Source: Heterodontus francisci (taxonomy: Eukaryota). Taken from it: 64,000 nt of DNA. Made by a program: the position numbers and the translations under genes. Shown piece by piece: positions 1 to 18,959 of the stretch. Under the pieces are notes generated by a model. It had not been told where the DNA came from. It did no database searches and was given only the letters and a program-made list of their open reading frames with translations. The DNA lies in NCBI RefSeq assembly GCF_036365525.1, contig NC_090402.1, forward strand, positions 23,474,987 to 23,538,986, given 5' to 3'. The number at the start of each line of letters is the position of its first letter. The stretch's first letter is position 1.

Positions 1-59
1 CCTATGAGAAAAAAAGGAAAATATTCTTTTTAAAAATTAAAACTTTAATCAACTTGCAA

Positions 60-600
60 TTATATAGCACCTTTAACATAGCATCCCAAGGTGCTTTACA
101 AGCATTATCAAACACAATTTGACACTGAGCCACATATATATATTCGACCAGAGGGGTTTTGAAGAGCATCTTAAAGGACGAAAGTATTGAGATGGAGAGA
201 TTTTGGGAGGGAATTCCAGAGTTTAGGGCCTTCACAGGTAAAGAGAAACCAGAATTGGGGGGGCGGGCGAAGAGAGATCTCAGGGGACTGTGAGGCTGCA
301 GATCATTAGAGATAGGGAGGGACAAGGATGAATTATTTTTTCAAGAGAAAGTGTTACTTAACCAGGAGCTATTGTAGGTCAGCGAGCACAGAGGAGACAG
401 ATGAGTGGTGACTTGGTGTGGGTCAGGATGAATCCCCAGGTTAGTGAAGGGTAGATGGCTGACTAGGAATAGTCAAGTATAGAGATAACAAAAGGCATGG
501 ATGAGGGGTTCAGCACAAGATAAATAGACAAGGGGTGGAGTCAATGTTTAGCAGATGGCAATAGGAAGTCTTAATTATGCTGCGGATATGTGCTAGGAAT
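60..600 (-). mobile_element. Degenerate L2-type LINE 3' fragment
   Basis: Reverse complement resembles the L2 3' ends at 38600-39010 and 27860-28240 (aaggtgctatataa tail). Confidence 0.55.
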
Positions 601-1279
601 CCATCAATTACCCATTCACTACAAGTTTATATTTAGCAGTGCAAAATGTAAATTTGCTAGTTCAGTAACTGATCTGTGGAATCTGCATTTATAAAGCACT
701 ATCATTCTCAGGAAGTCCCAAAGCGATTCAAAACCACCGAATTACTTTTAAGTACTGCAGTCAATTTGTGTACAGCAAGTGAATCAATCATCAGACATTT
801 ACTGGTGCCTGTGTAAGGAGGCGCGGTGGCCAGATTAGATCCCTGCTACTCATATTATGGGATCTTAAATACAATTCTTGTCTAACAACTCATGAAAAAC
901 TTAAAGCTCTGTCCATATTGCACTGAAGTGTTGGTCTGGATTACATAAATGTTTCATAGTAGCAACACAGCCTTCTAATTCAAGCAAGAGTGCTACAGGC
1001 TAAGCCAAACTGACCATTCAAAACTAACGTTATTAATTTTACCTTGGCCTACTTTGTCATATAAATTTTATCCAGCATGGTCCACGTGACAGTATAGTGA
1101 AAGCAGATTCCTTGCCTGCAAGCCAGATTTTACAAGAGTAGATTGCCCATCACCCTCCCAGCAGCCCATTTTAGCTCATCATTGGTACAGACATGGAAGC
1201 AGGGCACCCACCTGCCCTTCTCCTGAACCAAAACCATAGCAAAAACCTTAAAACATTTAAGAGACAAGAAGAAACTTAC

Positions 1280-1456
1280 CTTTTCATGCCACTGCAGTAA
1301 TATCGCACTGCTGTTTTCTGTGGGTTTTTCAAAACCTTTATAAATGTACTTCATTAAAAGGTCAACACCATTTCTATCTAATGACTTAACAGCCTGTTCT
1401 ATCTCACTACTTTTAAAGGACGTAAGGACTTTGAGAACGATTCCCTGTGCCCGCTC
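1280..1456 (-). CDS. ARPC5L: ARPC5L coding exon 3
   Basis: cag|[10 protein letters not shown]...LLQWHEK|gtaagt; 177 nt. Confidence 0.95.
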
Positions 1457-4057
1457 CTGTGAATTAAAAGAAAAGGTTAAATTACAATGTGTTTTACGTT
1501 TTTATTGCACTGACGCTTTACATATGCAGCTTTTCACGTAATGAAACAATCTCATCCTATTGTTACAAGATTGTATCAGACAGAAAATTAAAATGAAACA
1601 TTTTATTAGCAATTATTCAAATATAATGCCTCATTTTCAGACCTTTAAGCTGACTGTCTAGAATTTTTCTTAATATAACAAACTTAAGTAATTAACAAAA
1701 TTAAGTACTGTTGGTTAACGTTTTGACATTTCCTACCACATCCAGAAAATAGTTTTTAAGTAGATAAATCAAATATTAAGGGCTTATACCAGTTAGTATC
1801 CTTATATAGTCTCCTTATCATTTAAATTTGTAATCAAAGACAATTAACTGAAATCTGGCAAAAAGTTCTGAACTGGGAGGGAATGTTACCCCTTAAATTA
1901 ATGCAGCAAAACCAGAACCGCCAGTGGATGAGATCAAATAGCTACAAGAAATTTACCATACTGCAGATAGAATCGATCTGGTAAATGCTTTTGTTCAAGA
2001 TATTCAGATGCATTCTTGGAGACAAGCCAAGAATGCATTTTTGAGCACACTTATATTCAACATAGAATTCAGAAATTTCATAATTTTAAAACAAACTAGC
2101 TTCATTTAAATACCTTAACTGCTTGATTCTTCATGTTGACAGGAGGGTTCCTTAATGCTGCATGGAATGCACTAAGCATGTCACCTGTACATTACAGGTC
2201 AAGGAATATTAAGCTTTATTTCAAGCATTTAAACCTAGTGTGGTCTGTAGTTACAGGTTTATACGCACGCAAGAGTTCTGGACATGTTGCTAATTCGTAT
2301 GTACACTGCTAATTAGCTTTTAGACATACTCTTTCACTCATATCCCTATACATCTCAAGGACAGTCAATAACCAGTTATGGTGCTTAAGTTTTAGGAATT
2401 AGAAATTGCAGTATTAGGATTTTAAAAATTTAAATGCCAATATATACAAATCTGATTCCAAATTCATTCAAGTGATTTGATACAAATATGCCAGTTATAT
2501 ATAGAACAGGACAAGATCTCAAAATTGACCAAGATAATTACTCCTTCACGGGTACAATTTTCCATCAACAAAAGTACTTTTGTTCAATTAAGAAACATTG
2601 TGAATCAGCAGACATATTGGCTCAAGTCCTGGAGGAAAGCGGAAACAGTTTCAAAGGAGGTGGTGAACCTTTGCTGTTATCTAACTTTACCTTTAAGGTT
2701 GTACTGCAAATTGCTGGAAATATGAATTGATACTGATGCAGTGATAGCAATTTTGCATTTGGGAATGAACATGTACAATGGTTTATCTCCTTAACCAATT
2801 AAACAAAAGGGTAGAGAATTAAAGTGAAGAGAAGGAGACAGGATAAATTAGAAGGGGGAAGAGTGGCTTGAGAAAAGAATTTTTTTTTTTTTAAAAAGAT
2901 ACTTCCTGGAACAGTTCACCTGTGTGAGTGAGACTCCAGTATCCCTATTTCCTGTCTGTGCCTCCAAGGGTCGAGGACCATAGATCATATTAATAGCATC
3001 CTTACATGAGTTACCCATCCTAGATGGCTGTGATGAGATTAATGGCAGTGAACTTCAAGGGAGAGGCTGAAGTGATGGTAGTTTTTTTGGGTTTTAGTTA
3101 ATGGTAGATCTAACCATCCAGCAATTCATAGAGTTGGAACTCATGGTACAACTATCATAGATTAACGATTTTGTACACAAACCAATAATGGCAGGCACCA
3201 TGAACATGCCATTATTGGCGAATAGTAGGTGTACTTACACTACATGGACTGCAGCAGTTCAAGAAAGTGGCTCACCACCAACTTCAAGAGCAATTAGTGG
3301 TGAGCAGTAAACGCTGGTATTGCCAGCAACTCCCACATCCCATAAACGAATAAAACTTTTATGGAAACGAAGTTAAACAGTGCAACCATCTCGAGTGCAT
3401 CAGGATCTGGCTAAAAATCTCAATCTGGCTTTATTTTAAAGTCATGACAAACAATAACTTCCTATTTTCCAACTTAAAGGAAAGCTTAGATTAAAAAGGT
3501 CTTTGAATAAATCTCCACAGTGACCAGTTCTGCAAAAGATACAATCTATTCGTATATAGGAGCATCATTTTTTTTAGACTCATTTTAAGTGGTCAGTTAA
3601 GCGACATCTCTACAAACAGCACTCAAAATGAAACAATCCATTCAACTGTGAGTGCAAGCAATGTGAGTAATGTCAATCACGATCAGTTGACGGATGCAAA
3701 CGGCTGCCCGGGGACGGTGGAGCCCGCCGTTAACACTCAGCAGTAGTTTGTGACCAGGTGCGGTTCTGAGGGGGAGGGGGCCGTGGCGCGGATTTCACCG
3801 GCACCTCAAGGGGAGAGAACAGCTCACCTTCCCTCACTACCTCCCTCCTGGGGTCTGCTGTTCCACCCTCGCCCTCGATCCAGGTGAAACAACCTCCCAC
3901 CCGCTTTCAAAGGATATTGCCTGATCAGAGTGTCCACCTCCAGCGAGTCGGGACCCTGCTGCTCCACCGCCTCCTCCTGCTCATCCACAAACTTATTCTC
4001 ATCGTACTCATCAACATCGACTTTCCTGAACCTGTTGGAAAGCGTGTTTCTCGCCAT
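1280..4057 (-). CDS. ARPC5L: Actin-related protein 2/3 complex subunit 5-like; coding exons 4057-3918, 2186-2114, 1456-1280; exon 4 appears to start at position 1 and run off the window
   Basis: Spliced translation [29 protein letters not shown]...[84 protein letters not shown] matches ARPC5L. Exon phases are consistent (140+73+177 nt). A polypyrimidine+AG acceptor (ttttctcatag|G) ends at position 2. Head-to-head with RPL35 as in mammals. Confidence 0.95.
2114..2186 (-). CDS. ARPC5L: ARPC5L coding exon 2
   Basis: AC acceptor, (Q)[26 protein letters not shown] donor gtattt; 73 nt. Confidence 0.93.
2187..3917 (-). other. U12-type (minor spliceosome) AT-AC intron, ARPC5L intron 1
   Basis: 5' site ATATCCTTT (3917-3909), branch TTCCTTGAC (2206-2198), terminal AC (2188-2187); these boundaries restore the reading frame. 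Confidence 0.92.
3918..4057 (-). CDS. ARPC5L: ARPC5L coding exon 1
   Basis: ATG at 4057, [23 protein letters not shown]...LIR+CA, followed by U12 donor ATATCCTTT. Confidence 0.93.
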
Positions 4058-4129
4058 TCCCCTTGTTTATATTAAAGAACAAGTGTTAATCAGGCTAATA
4101 AATCGCTTTCTCTCTAATGCCCACACCTA

Positions 4130-4507
4130 CTGAACCGGATGCTACATTCAAAACATCGCCTTCTGCTGATCTCGCTGCCTCCACTCAAACCGGGGCCTGC
4201 TGAACCTCGCCCCGGAACCGGAAACATCCTCTGGAATACCCCATCTGAGAGAGGAGGCAGAAAAAACAACAAAGCCCAATAAAATCTGAACCTATCGCTA
4301 TCTTACTTACAACCATACAGTGGGAAATATATTAAATTAAAAGCTTCCTTAAGCTATTGATATATGTTTAAACTTAAATATTTGACTCAGTGATCTTCTC
4401 TTCTGCCATCCCTCTCCCCTCCATTAAGCGCAAGTGGTAGAGCTGGTCACGTGGAAATACAGGTCCCGCCCCCAATTGCTCCCTTTTCCTGCAATTGCCC
4501 CAAGAAA
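4130..4507. promoter_or_regulatory. Compact bidirectional ARPC5L/RPL35 promoter region
   Basis: Only 450 bp between the divergent ATGs. Tandem ETS/GABP-type CCGGAACCGGAA (4212-4223), E-box GTCACGTG (4446-4453), GC box and CCAAT (4465-4476), pyrimidine TCT/5'TOP tract CTCCCTTTTCCT (4479-4490). CpG-rich flanks. Confidence 0.75.
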
Positions 4508-10028
<5,521 letters not shown>

Positions 10029-10117
10029 ATGTTCTCCCATAGAAGTTATTAAATTTAAGAAAAGGCTTGTGTTTTTGATTGTTTTTATTGCCATGGTTAG
10101 GTTTGGTACATTTTCCC

Positions 10118-10123
10118 AATAAA
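10118..10123 (+). terminator. RPL35 polyadenylation signal
   Basis: AATAAA 90 nt after the stop codon. Confidence 0.75.
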
Positions 10124-11994
10124 AGAAGTCTGAACAAATTGGAGGGGATGTAAGGAATACTCCAAATATCTTGCACCTTCTTGTCAATCTGAGTGACTAC
10201 TTATAGTAATTCATTTCTGGGATGGTGGCTGGACAGGAATCATTGTATGTCCCCACAATTTTTGAATTCTGTAAAGAATCCAAACAAACTCCCAATTAAA
10301 TGAAGTCTTTATTGACTTTAGAAACTGGCCTAAGTGGTAGTTTTAGTTTGAATACTTTGTAAAATGATATCACAAAAACCTCAAGACAAATCTGGTTTGG
10401 ATACTGCCAGACAAGATAGTGTATGCTGACTGTGGCACATGCACAGTGACCTATCCTGTCAAGTACACTAGAACTGGCAAGAGTTCAGATTTGGTGAATT
10501 CGTCAATCTGTGCAACATCACTGGAGTTCAGTTCCATGGCAACTAGGCAGAGTGAAGTACTGTCAACAACCTTTACTGTAGATTGCTTGCCCTTAAATCC
10601 ATATAGATGCTGTTGAGTCTATTTATTTAAACTGAATAATGGGTTGTTTTAAGTGAGTAAAACAAAAAAGGTTGATTGTGTTGCACACCTGTTTTATTAA
10701 ATGTGATTTCATAGCTTGTACAACTCATTTAAAATGCCAAACTAAGCCCATTCCATTAGCAATGATTTAACAATCAGAATTTAATTGCTCTGCCTTGACT
10801 TTGGTTTATCAAGATCTTAAAAAGATCAAATCAAAGTTTGCACTAAACTGTTCAGTGTTAGAAGATCCATCCTGCCCAGTTTTGGCAGAAACACATTGTC
10901 GGCCTGTGTATGCAGACTGAACGCTCAAAACATATACTACCTGAATGAAATTGACTGACCAAAGACACCCAATAAGCTTTGCTATTGGAAGTAAATGGTG
11001 AAATTGCTTCTGAGGAAGGTTTTGGGGTCTTCAATAGCACTGAGGTCTACTACCTCTGATATTTACACTTGCCAAAATCCCAGAGATAAAGTAGGTATTC
11101 ACATACAAATGTAGTTGCAGAAGAATCTTTGAATGGGATGCAGGGATAGGTTGCAAGGCTCCTCCAGTTGTTTGATTTTTTTTTTTAAAGGATTTGAATG
11201 TGATGACCAGACTTTCAGACTGATAATTGAAAAGTGCTGCAGTATTTATTATTTGGCAAGAATAGCAAAGTTAATGGGCGCAACAGATGTAGTTCCAAAA
11301 AGCATTTGATGATGTGCCACTTAAGGTGATCTGTGAAAATTTAGGGCCAATGGCATCAAAAGGAAAAATGTGTGTGGACAAAGGAGATGGTTGAAAGTCA
11401 GACAGCCTTGTCGGGTAAATGGACTGGCAGGGTAGTGGGACAACGTTTGTTCTGTTATATTAATATAACTATCTGGACTTCATCATACATGGGTAGATAT
11501 CAACATATGCTTCCAAATTGGGAGCTTTCAGGAAGAACAGAGAAATATATGAATGGGAAGTTAACTAGCGGATGCATTTAATAGGAATATATGTATACAT
11601 TTTAGGAATGTGAAAATACCTTCAAATGGTAAATTTCTCATTGCAGTGAGGGAGCAATGCAATTCAGGTTTACAGATGCATAAATATGGAGTTTTATTTT
11701 TAATAGCCATTAAGAAAGCAAATGGGATTTTGCCGAGAATAGCGAGAGAGTGAGCATACAAGCAAAAAGGTCCTGGTTAGGACACATCTGAAATATTATG
11801 AGCAGCTTTGGGCTCCTTGCAATTAGCAGGGCCTGGAAAAATAAATGCAGATGTGCTAGGTACATTAAATGTTAGATATGAAAGAGTAGTGCAGTTAGGG
11901 CTGTGTTCCCTCAAATTATGAAGACTGGATGAGGTTTGTGAAATGATTTAAAAAGGAAGAAAAAAAGCAAATGAAAGGCAAGAAACAATTGTCT

Positions 11995-12319
11995 GGGCGG
12001 CACAATGGCGCAGTGGTTAGCACTGCAGCCTCACAGCTCCAGGGACCCAGGTTCAATTCTGGGTACTGCCTGTGCGGAGTTTGCAAGTTCTCCCTTTGAC
12101 TGCGTGGGTTTTCGCCGGGTGCTTCGGTTTCCTCCCACTGCCAAAGACTTGCAAGTTGATAGGTAAATTGGCCATTGTAAATTGCCCCTAGTGTAGGTAG
12201 GTGGTAGGGAATATGGGATTACTGTAGGGTTAGTATAAATGGGTGGTTCTTGGTCGGCACAGACGCGGTGGGCCGAAGGGCCTGTTTCAGTGCTGTATCT
12301 CTAAATAAAATAAATAAAA
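11995..12319 (+). mobile_element. Full-length tRNA-derived V-SINE (HE1-like)
   Basis: A box TGGCGCAGTGG, B box GGTTCAATTC, V-domain (gagtttgcaagttctccc...ggtttcctccca), LINE-derived tail gggccgaagggcctgtttc ending in (TAAA)n. Confidence 0.85.
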
Positions 12320-12929
12320 CAACCATGAAAGCGGGAAGTTTCAAAGAAGCTAGTTCATGCAGAAATGTATCAAGGTACAATATTTTCCCAAGTGGTGGTT
12401 GCCAAGCGAATTACATCAATGAAGGTGGTACTGGATAATTACTTGAATATAAAAAGGGTATTCAACGAAAGGTGTAAAATTCACCTCGAGCTGCCTAAAT
12501 TCAGCACAAGCAAGAAAAGACGGAGGACCATCCATGAGCTATTTGCTTGCATGGAAGGTAAGCACTGACATTAGTTGGGGCAAATGACCTGATCTTGTGT
12601 TGTAGTTTCTAAGTATTTATTTCTATGCTTTTTTAAAAAAATGTTCCACTATTAGTGAAATTTATGGCATTTGCTAGTGGTGAATGAAGAGACCATTTCT
12701 TTTGCCTGTCTGCTCCTTGCCTTTTGGTGTACTAGGTAATGGAACTGCATTTTTTTCAGTGGTGGGTTTGGGAAAATAATTGCTTGTAGGCTTTGGTGCC
12801 CCCATTTTATCATTTCACTGTCTATTACATTTCCCACCCCTTGTTTTGATTGGCTTGCATATTTCTTGGCCTTTTGCTTCTCATGCTACTAATCATTCCG
12901 TTGCCTTGTCCTTGAGCAGCGACCTGGAT

Positions 12930-13999
12930 TCAACCTGCCACATTCCCTAGTATCCCATGGGCTTTCATTTTATTGACCAGTTTGCCATGCAGGACCTTGT
13001 CAAAGGCCTTACTAAAATCCATGTAAAGCACATCCACTGCACTCATCAATCCTCGTCACTTCCTCAAAGAAACTCAATCAAGTTAGTAAAACGTGACCTT
13101 TCCCTAACAAATCCATGCTGACTATCCCTGATTAATCCATGACTTTCTAAGTGACAGTTTATCCTGTCCCTCAGAATAGATTCTAACAATTTATCCACCA
13201 CTGAGGTCAGACTGACTCGTGTATAATTACTTGGCTTTTCCCTTGCACCCTTTTTAAACAATGGTACAACGTTCACAGACCTCCAATCATCTGGTACCTC
13301 GCCTGTATTTGGTGAAGATTTGAAGATGATCCTCAGCACATCCGCTATTTCCTCCCTGGCTTCCTTCAACAACCTGGGATGAAATCCATCCGGTCCTGGC
13401 GATTTATCCACTTTTAAGGATGTCAGACCCTCGAGCACTTACTCTCTCACTATGCTTATTGTATCTAATATTTCACACTCTTCCTCTTTAACTACAATGT
13501 CTGCATCAACCCTCTCCATTGTGAAGACAGAGACAAGAAAACTCATTAAGAACCCTGCCCACATCTTCTGCATCCATTCATAAGTTCCCTTGTACATCTC
13601 TGATGGGCCCTACCCTATCCTTAGTTATCCTCTTGCTTTTAATGTACTGATAAAACATCTGGTTTTCCTTGATTTTACCAGCCAATTTTTCATGTCTTCT
13701 CTTTGCTTTTCTAATTTCCTTTTTTACTTCACCCCTGCACTTTCTATACTCCTCTAGACTTCCTAAAGTATTAAGATATTTGTGATCATCATAAGCTTTT
13801 TTTTTTTAGCTTTAACTTACTCTGTAAGCTTTTAGATAACCAGGAAGCTCTAGATTTGGCAGTACCACCCTTTATCTTTGTGGGAACATGCCTACACTGC
13901 CTGTAGTATCTCGCTTTTGAATGCCTGCCACTGGTTTGCCACTGATTTTCCTTCAAGTAGCTGTATCCAGTCCATTTTTGCCAGGTCACTTCTCAGTTT
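12930..13999 (-). mobile_element. Older CR1 LINE ORF2 fragment (host element, 3' part; continues at 18301-18635)
   Basis: KSPGPDGFHPRLLKE...VVPLFKKG...SQHGF RT N-terminal motifs with frameshifts. Confidence 0.8.
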
Positions 14000-16900
14000 C
14001 ATAGAAACATAGAAAATAGGAGCAGGAGTAGGTCATTTGGCCCTTCGGGCCTGCTCAGCCATTCATTATGATCATGGCTGATCATCTAACTCAGTAACCA
14101 GTTCTGGCTTTTGCCCCATACCCTTTTGATCCTTTTAGACTCAAGAGCTATATCTAACTCCTTTTTGAAAACATTCAATGTTTTGGCCTCAACTGCTTTC
14201 TGTGGTTGTGAATTCCACAGGCTCACCACTCTCTGGGTGAAGAAATGTCTCCTCATCTCAGTCCTGAATGGTTTACCCTGTATCCTTAGACTATGAACCC
14301 TGGTTCTGGACTCCCCCACTATCAGGAACATCCTTCCTGCATCTACCTGTCTAGTCCTGTTAGAATTTTATAGGTTTCTATGAGATTCCCCCCTCACTCT
14401 TCTGAACTCCATCGAATATAATCCTAACCGACTCAATTTCTCCTCATATGTCAGTCCCGTCATCCCAGGAATCAGTCTGGTAAACCTTCACTGCACTCCC
14501 TCTATAGCAAGAGCATCCTTCCTCAGATAAGGAGACCAAAACTGCACACAATATTCCAGGTGTGGCCTCAGCAAGGCGCTGTATAATTGCAGCAAGACAT
14601 CCCTGCTTCTGTACTCGAATCCTCTCGCTATGAAGTCAACATACCATTTGCCTTTTTTACCGCCTGTTGCAACTGTATGCTTACTTTCAGCGACTAGTGT
14701 ACGAGAACACCCAGGTCTCGCTGCATATTCCCCTCTCAGTTTATAGCCGTTCAGATAATCATCTGCCTTCCTGTTTTTGCTACCAAAGTGGATAACCTCA
14801 CATTTATCCACATTATACTGCATCTGCCATGCATTAGCCCACTCGCTCAACTTGTCCAAATCACCCTGAAGCCTCTCTGCATCCTCCTCACAACTCACTC
14901 TCCCACCCAGTTTTGTGTCATCTGCAAATTTGGAGATATTACATTTAGTTCCCTCATTTAAATCATTAATGTATGTTATGAATAGCTGGGGTCCTAGCAC
15001 CGATCCCTGCAGTACCCCACTAGTCACTGCCAGCCATTCGGAAAAAGACCCATTTATCCCTACTCTTTGTTTCCTGTCCGCCAACCAATTTTATATCCAT
15101 CGCAATTCACTACCCTCAATCCCATGCGCTTTAATTTTACTTGCTAATCTCTTATGTGGGACTTTGTCGAAAGCCTTCTGAAAGTCCAAATAAACCACAT
15201 CCACTGGCTCCCCCTCATCAACTCTACTAGTTAGATCCTCGAAGAATTCTAGTAGATTTGTCAAGCATGATTTCCCTTTTGTAAATCCATGCTGACTCTG
15301 TCTGATTCTGCCACTGTTCTCCAAGTGGTCTGCTACAAAATCTTTGATAATGGACTCTAGAATTTTCCCCACTACTGACTGGTCTATAATTCCCTGCTTT
15401 CTCTGTACCTCCCTTTTTAAATAGTGGGGTTACATTAGCTACCCTCCAATCTGTAGGAACTGTTCCAGAGTCTATAGAATCTTGGAAGATGATCACCAAT
15501 GTATCCACTATTTCTTGGGCCACTTCCTTAAGTACTCTGGGATGCATACCATCAGGCCCTGGGGATTTATCAGCCTTCAATCCCATCAATTTCCCTAATA
15601 CCATTTCTCTACTAATACGGATTTCCTTCAGTTCCTCCCTCTCACCAAACCCTGTGTTCCCCAACATTTCTGGTATGATATTTGTGTCCTCCTTTGTGAA
15701 GACAGAACCAAAGTACGCATTTAGTTGGTCAGCCATTTCTTTATTCCCCATAATAAATTCCCCTGTTTCTGACTGTAAGGGACCTACATTTGTCTTCACC
15801 AATCTTTTTCTCTTCACATACCTATAGAAGCTTTTACAGTCAATTTTTATGTTCCCCGCAAGCTTGCTCTCGTACTCTACTCTCCCCTTCTTAATCAATC
15901 CCTTGGTCCTCATTTGCTGAATTCTAAACTGCTCCCAATCGTCAGGTCTGTTGTCTTTCCTGGCAAATTTATATGTCTCTTCCTTGGATCTAATGCTATT
16001 TCTAATTTCCCTTGTAAGCCATGGTTTGGCTACCTTTCCCATTTTATTTTTGCGCCAGACAGGGATAAACAATTGTTGCAGTTCATCCATGCGCTCTTTA
16101 AATGTTTGCCATTGCCTATCCACTGTCATCCCTTTAAGTTACATTTCCCAATCCGTCATGGCCAACTCGCGCCTCATACCTTCGTAGTTTCCTTTACGAA
16201 GACTCAGGACTCTTGTCTCAGTATCAACAACGCCACTCTCCATCTTGAAGAATTCTATCATATTATGGTTGCTTGTTCCCAAGGGGTCTCACACCACTAG
16301 ATTGTCAATTATTCCTATCTCATTACACAATACCCAGTCTAGAATGGCCTGTTCTCTAGTTGGTTCCTCAACATGTTGGTCCAGAAAACCATCCCGTATA
16401 CACTCCAAGAATTCCTCCTCTACGGTATTATGACTAATTTGATTTGCCCAATCTATGTGCAGATTAAAGTCACCCATAATTACAGATGTTCCTTTTATAG
16501 CATGCATCTCTAATTTCCTGTTTAATGCCATTCCCAACATCACCACTACAGTTAGGTTGTCTATATACAACCCCCACTAACGTTTTTTGCCCCTTAAGTG
16601 TTTCTCAGCTCTACCCATACAAATTCCACATCGTCAGAGCTAATATCTTTCCTCACTATTGCGTTAATTTCCCCTTTAACCAGCAATGCAACTCCACCGC
16701 CTTTGCTTTTTGTCTGTCCTTCCTAAATACTGAATATCCCTGGATGTTCATTTCTCATCCCTGGCCACCATGCAGCCATGTCTCCGTAATCCCGACTATA
16801 TCATACCCGTTTACATCTATTTGCGCGATTAATTCATCCACTTTATTGCGAATGCTCCACGCATTAAGGCACAAAGCCTTAAGGCTTGTCTTTTTAACAT

Positions 16901-18296
16901 TATTTGTCCTTTTCCCAATATTTTTCACTGTGTCCCTGTTTGATTCTGGCCCTTGATTTCTCTGCCTATCACTTTTCTTATTCCCCTTACTGTCTTTTGT
17001 TTTTGTCTTTGATTCCCCCCTCCTCTGACTCCTTGCAAAGGTTCCCACCCCCCTGCCATTTTAGTTTAAACCCTCCCCAACCACTCTAGCAATCCCCCTA
17101 GGACATCAGTCCTGGTCCTGCCCAGGTGTAACCCGTCTAGCTTGTACTGGTCCCACCTCCCCCAGAACCGGTTCCAATGCCCATGAATCTAAAACCCTCC
17201 CCCTCACACCATCTCTTCAGCGACGTATTCATCTGATATATCCTGCTATTTGTACTCTGACTAGCACGTGGCACTGGTAGTAATCCTGAGATCACTACCT
17301 TTGAGGTCCTACTTTTCAACGTACTTCCTAGCTCCCTATATTCTGCTTTTAGAACCTCATCCTTTTTTTTAACCTATGTCGTTTGTACCAATATGTACCA
17401 TGACTACTGGCTGTTCACCCTCCCCCTTTAGAATGTCCTGTAACTGCTCTGAGACATCCTTGACCCCAGCACCAGGGAAGCAACATACCATGCTGGAGTC
17501 TCTTTTGCGGCCACAGAAATGCCTATCTATTCCCCTTACAATTGAATCCTCTATGCCTATTGCATTCCCACATTTTTTACTCCTCCCCTGTGCAGCAGAG
17601 CCAACCGTGGTGCAACGAATCGGGCTGTTGCTGCTTTCCTCTGAGAGGCCATTCCCCCCAACAGTATCCAAAGCAGTATATCTGTTTTGCAGGGGAATAG
17701 CCACAGGAGATTCCTGAACTGCCTGCCTAGTCCTCTTGCTCTGCCTGGTGGTCACCCATTCCCCTTCTGCCTGTCGGGTCTGAGCCTGCGGTGTGACCAC
17801 CTCTCAATACGTGCTATCCACGATACTCTCCGCTTTGTGGATGCTCCACAGTGTCCACAGCTGCCGCTCCAGCTCTGAAACCCAGGATTCCAGGAGCTGC
17901 AGCTGGACACACTTTCTGCACACATGCTGGTCCCGGGCACTGGAATTGTTCCCGGCTTCCGACATGGAGCACAAGGAGCACACCATGGCTTTGAGCTCTC
18001 CTGCCATGACTTAACCCTTTAAATTAAATTAAACCTTCTGGAAGATCTTAATGTCCAATAATATCAGTTACTCTAGCACCCTTCTTCCCTGGTCCTTGTT
18101 ACTACAGAACTCCCAAAACAAAACTCTACTTACTTGATTTGAAATAAACTTTAAACTTTTCTTACCTGTGATACTTACCCAGCTATTTAGAGCTATTCCC
18201 TAACAGCAGTGACTCACCAACCAATCACCTTGCAGCTCTTCTGTGACGTCACTGTTGGCTTTTTTTTTTCCTTTTTTTTTCAAATTCCGGCGCACA
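14000..18296 (-). mobile_element. Near full-length CR1 (HER1-like) LINE, frameshifted; ORF1 zinc finger plus SGNH esterase, ORF2 APE-RT
   Basis: ORF1 CxxC...CxxC, I(E)DSIVR...HIGTND. ORF2 CLNAWSIRNK, GDFN, YLDFQKAFDKV, QGSVLGP, FADD. 3' (TTTCTATG)n tail at 14000-14016. Confidence 0.92.
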
Positions 18297-18300
18297 TCAG

Positions 18301-18635
18301 AGTTTCGTAAAATGTGCCTTCCCCCAATTTAGAACCTTTGCTTCTGTTTTATCTTTGTCCTTTTCCATGGTTATGCTGAAACTAACTATTATGGTCACTA
18401 TCTCCAAAATGGTCACCCACTGTTACTTCATCCACTTGCCCAGCTTCATTACTGAAGACTAAATCTAGAATTGTGCCCCCTCTCTGATGGGTTTGTTACA
18501 TACTGGCTAAAAAAGTTTGAATGAGGTTCAAGAATTTTCTCCCCTCTGTGCCCTTCGCACTGATTGTATCCCAGTTGATATTGGGGTAGTTGAAATCCCC
18601 AACTATTATTGCTCTAAAGTTTTTGCACTCAGAAA
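18301..18635 (-). mobile_element. Older CR1 endonuclease-region fragment (host element, 5' part)
   Basis: IIVGDFNYPNINWD motif; collinear with the 12930-13999 segment. Confidence 0.7.
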
Positions 18636-18959
18636 TCAGAAATATCCCTGGTACCATTCTAGTAAAAACTCTTCTGCACCCTCTCCAAGGCCATGACACC
18701 CTAAACAGTATTGCCCAGAACTGAACACAGTACTCCAGCTGAGGCCTAACCATTGCTTTATGAAGATGTAGCATAACCTTCCTGCTTTTGTTTCTGTGGC
18801 TCCATTAATAAAAGGATCCTATGCTTTTTTAACAGTCTTCTCAACTTGGCCTGCCACCTTCAAACATTTGTGTACATACATTCCCAGGTCATTCTGTTCC
18901 TGACCCATCAAACTTAGTTCATATCGCCTCTCCACATTCTTGCTATCAAAATGTAAATG

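Noticed and set aside
11995-12070. tRNA gene
   Set aside because: It is the tRNA-derived head of a SINE, with no complete cloverleaf, and it continues into the V-domain.
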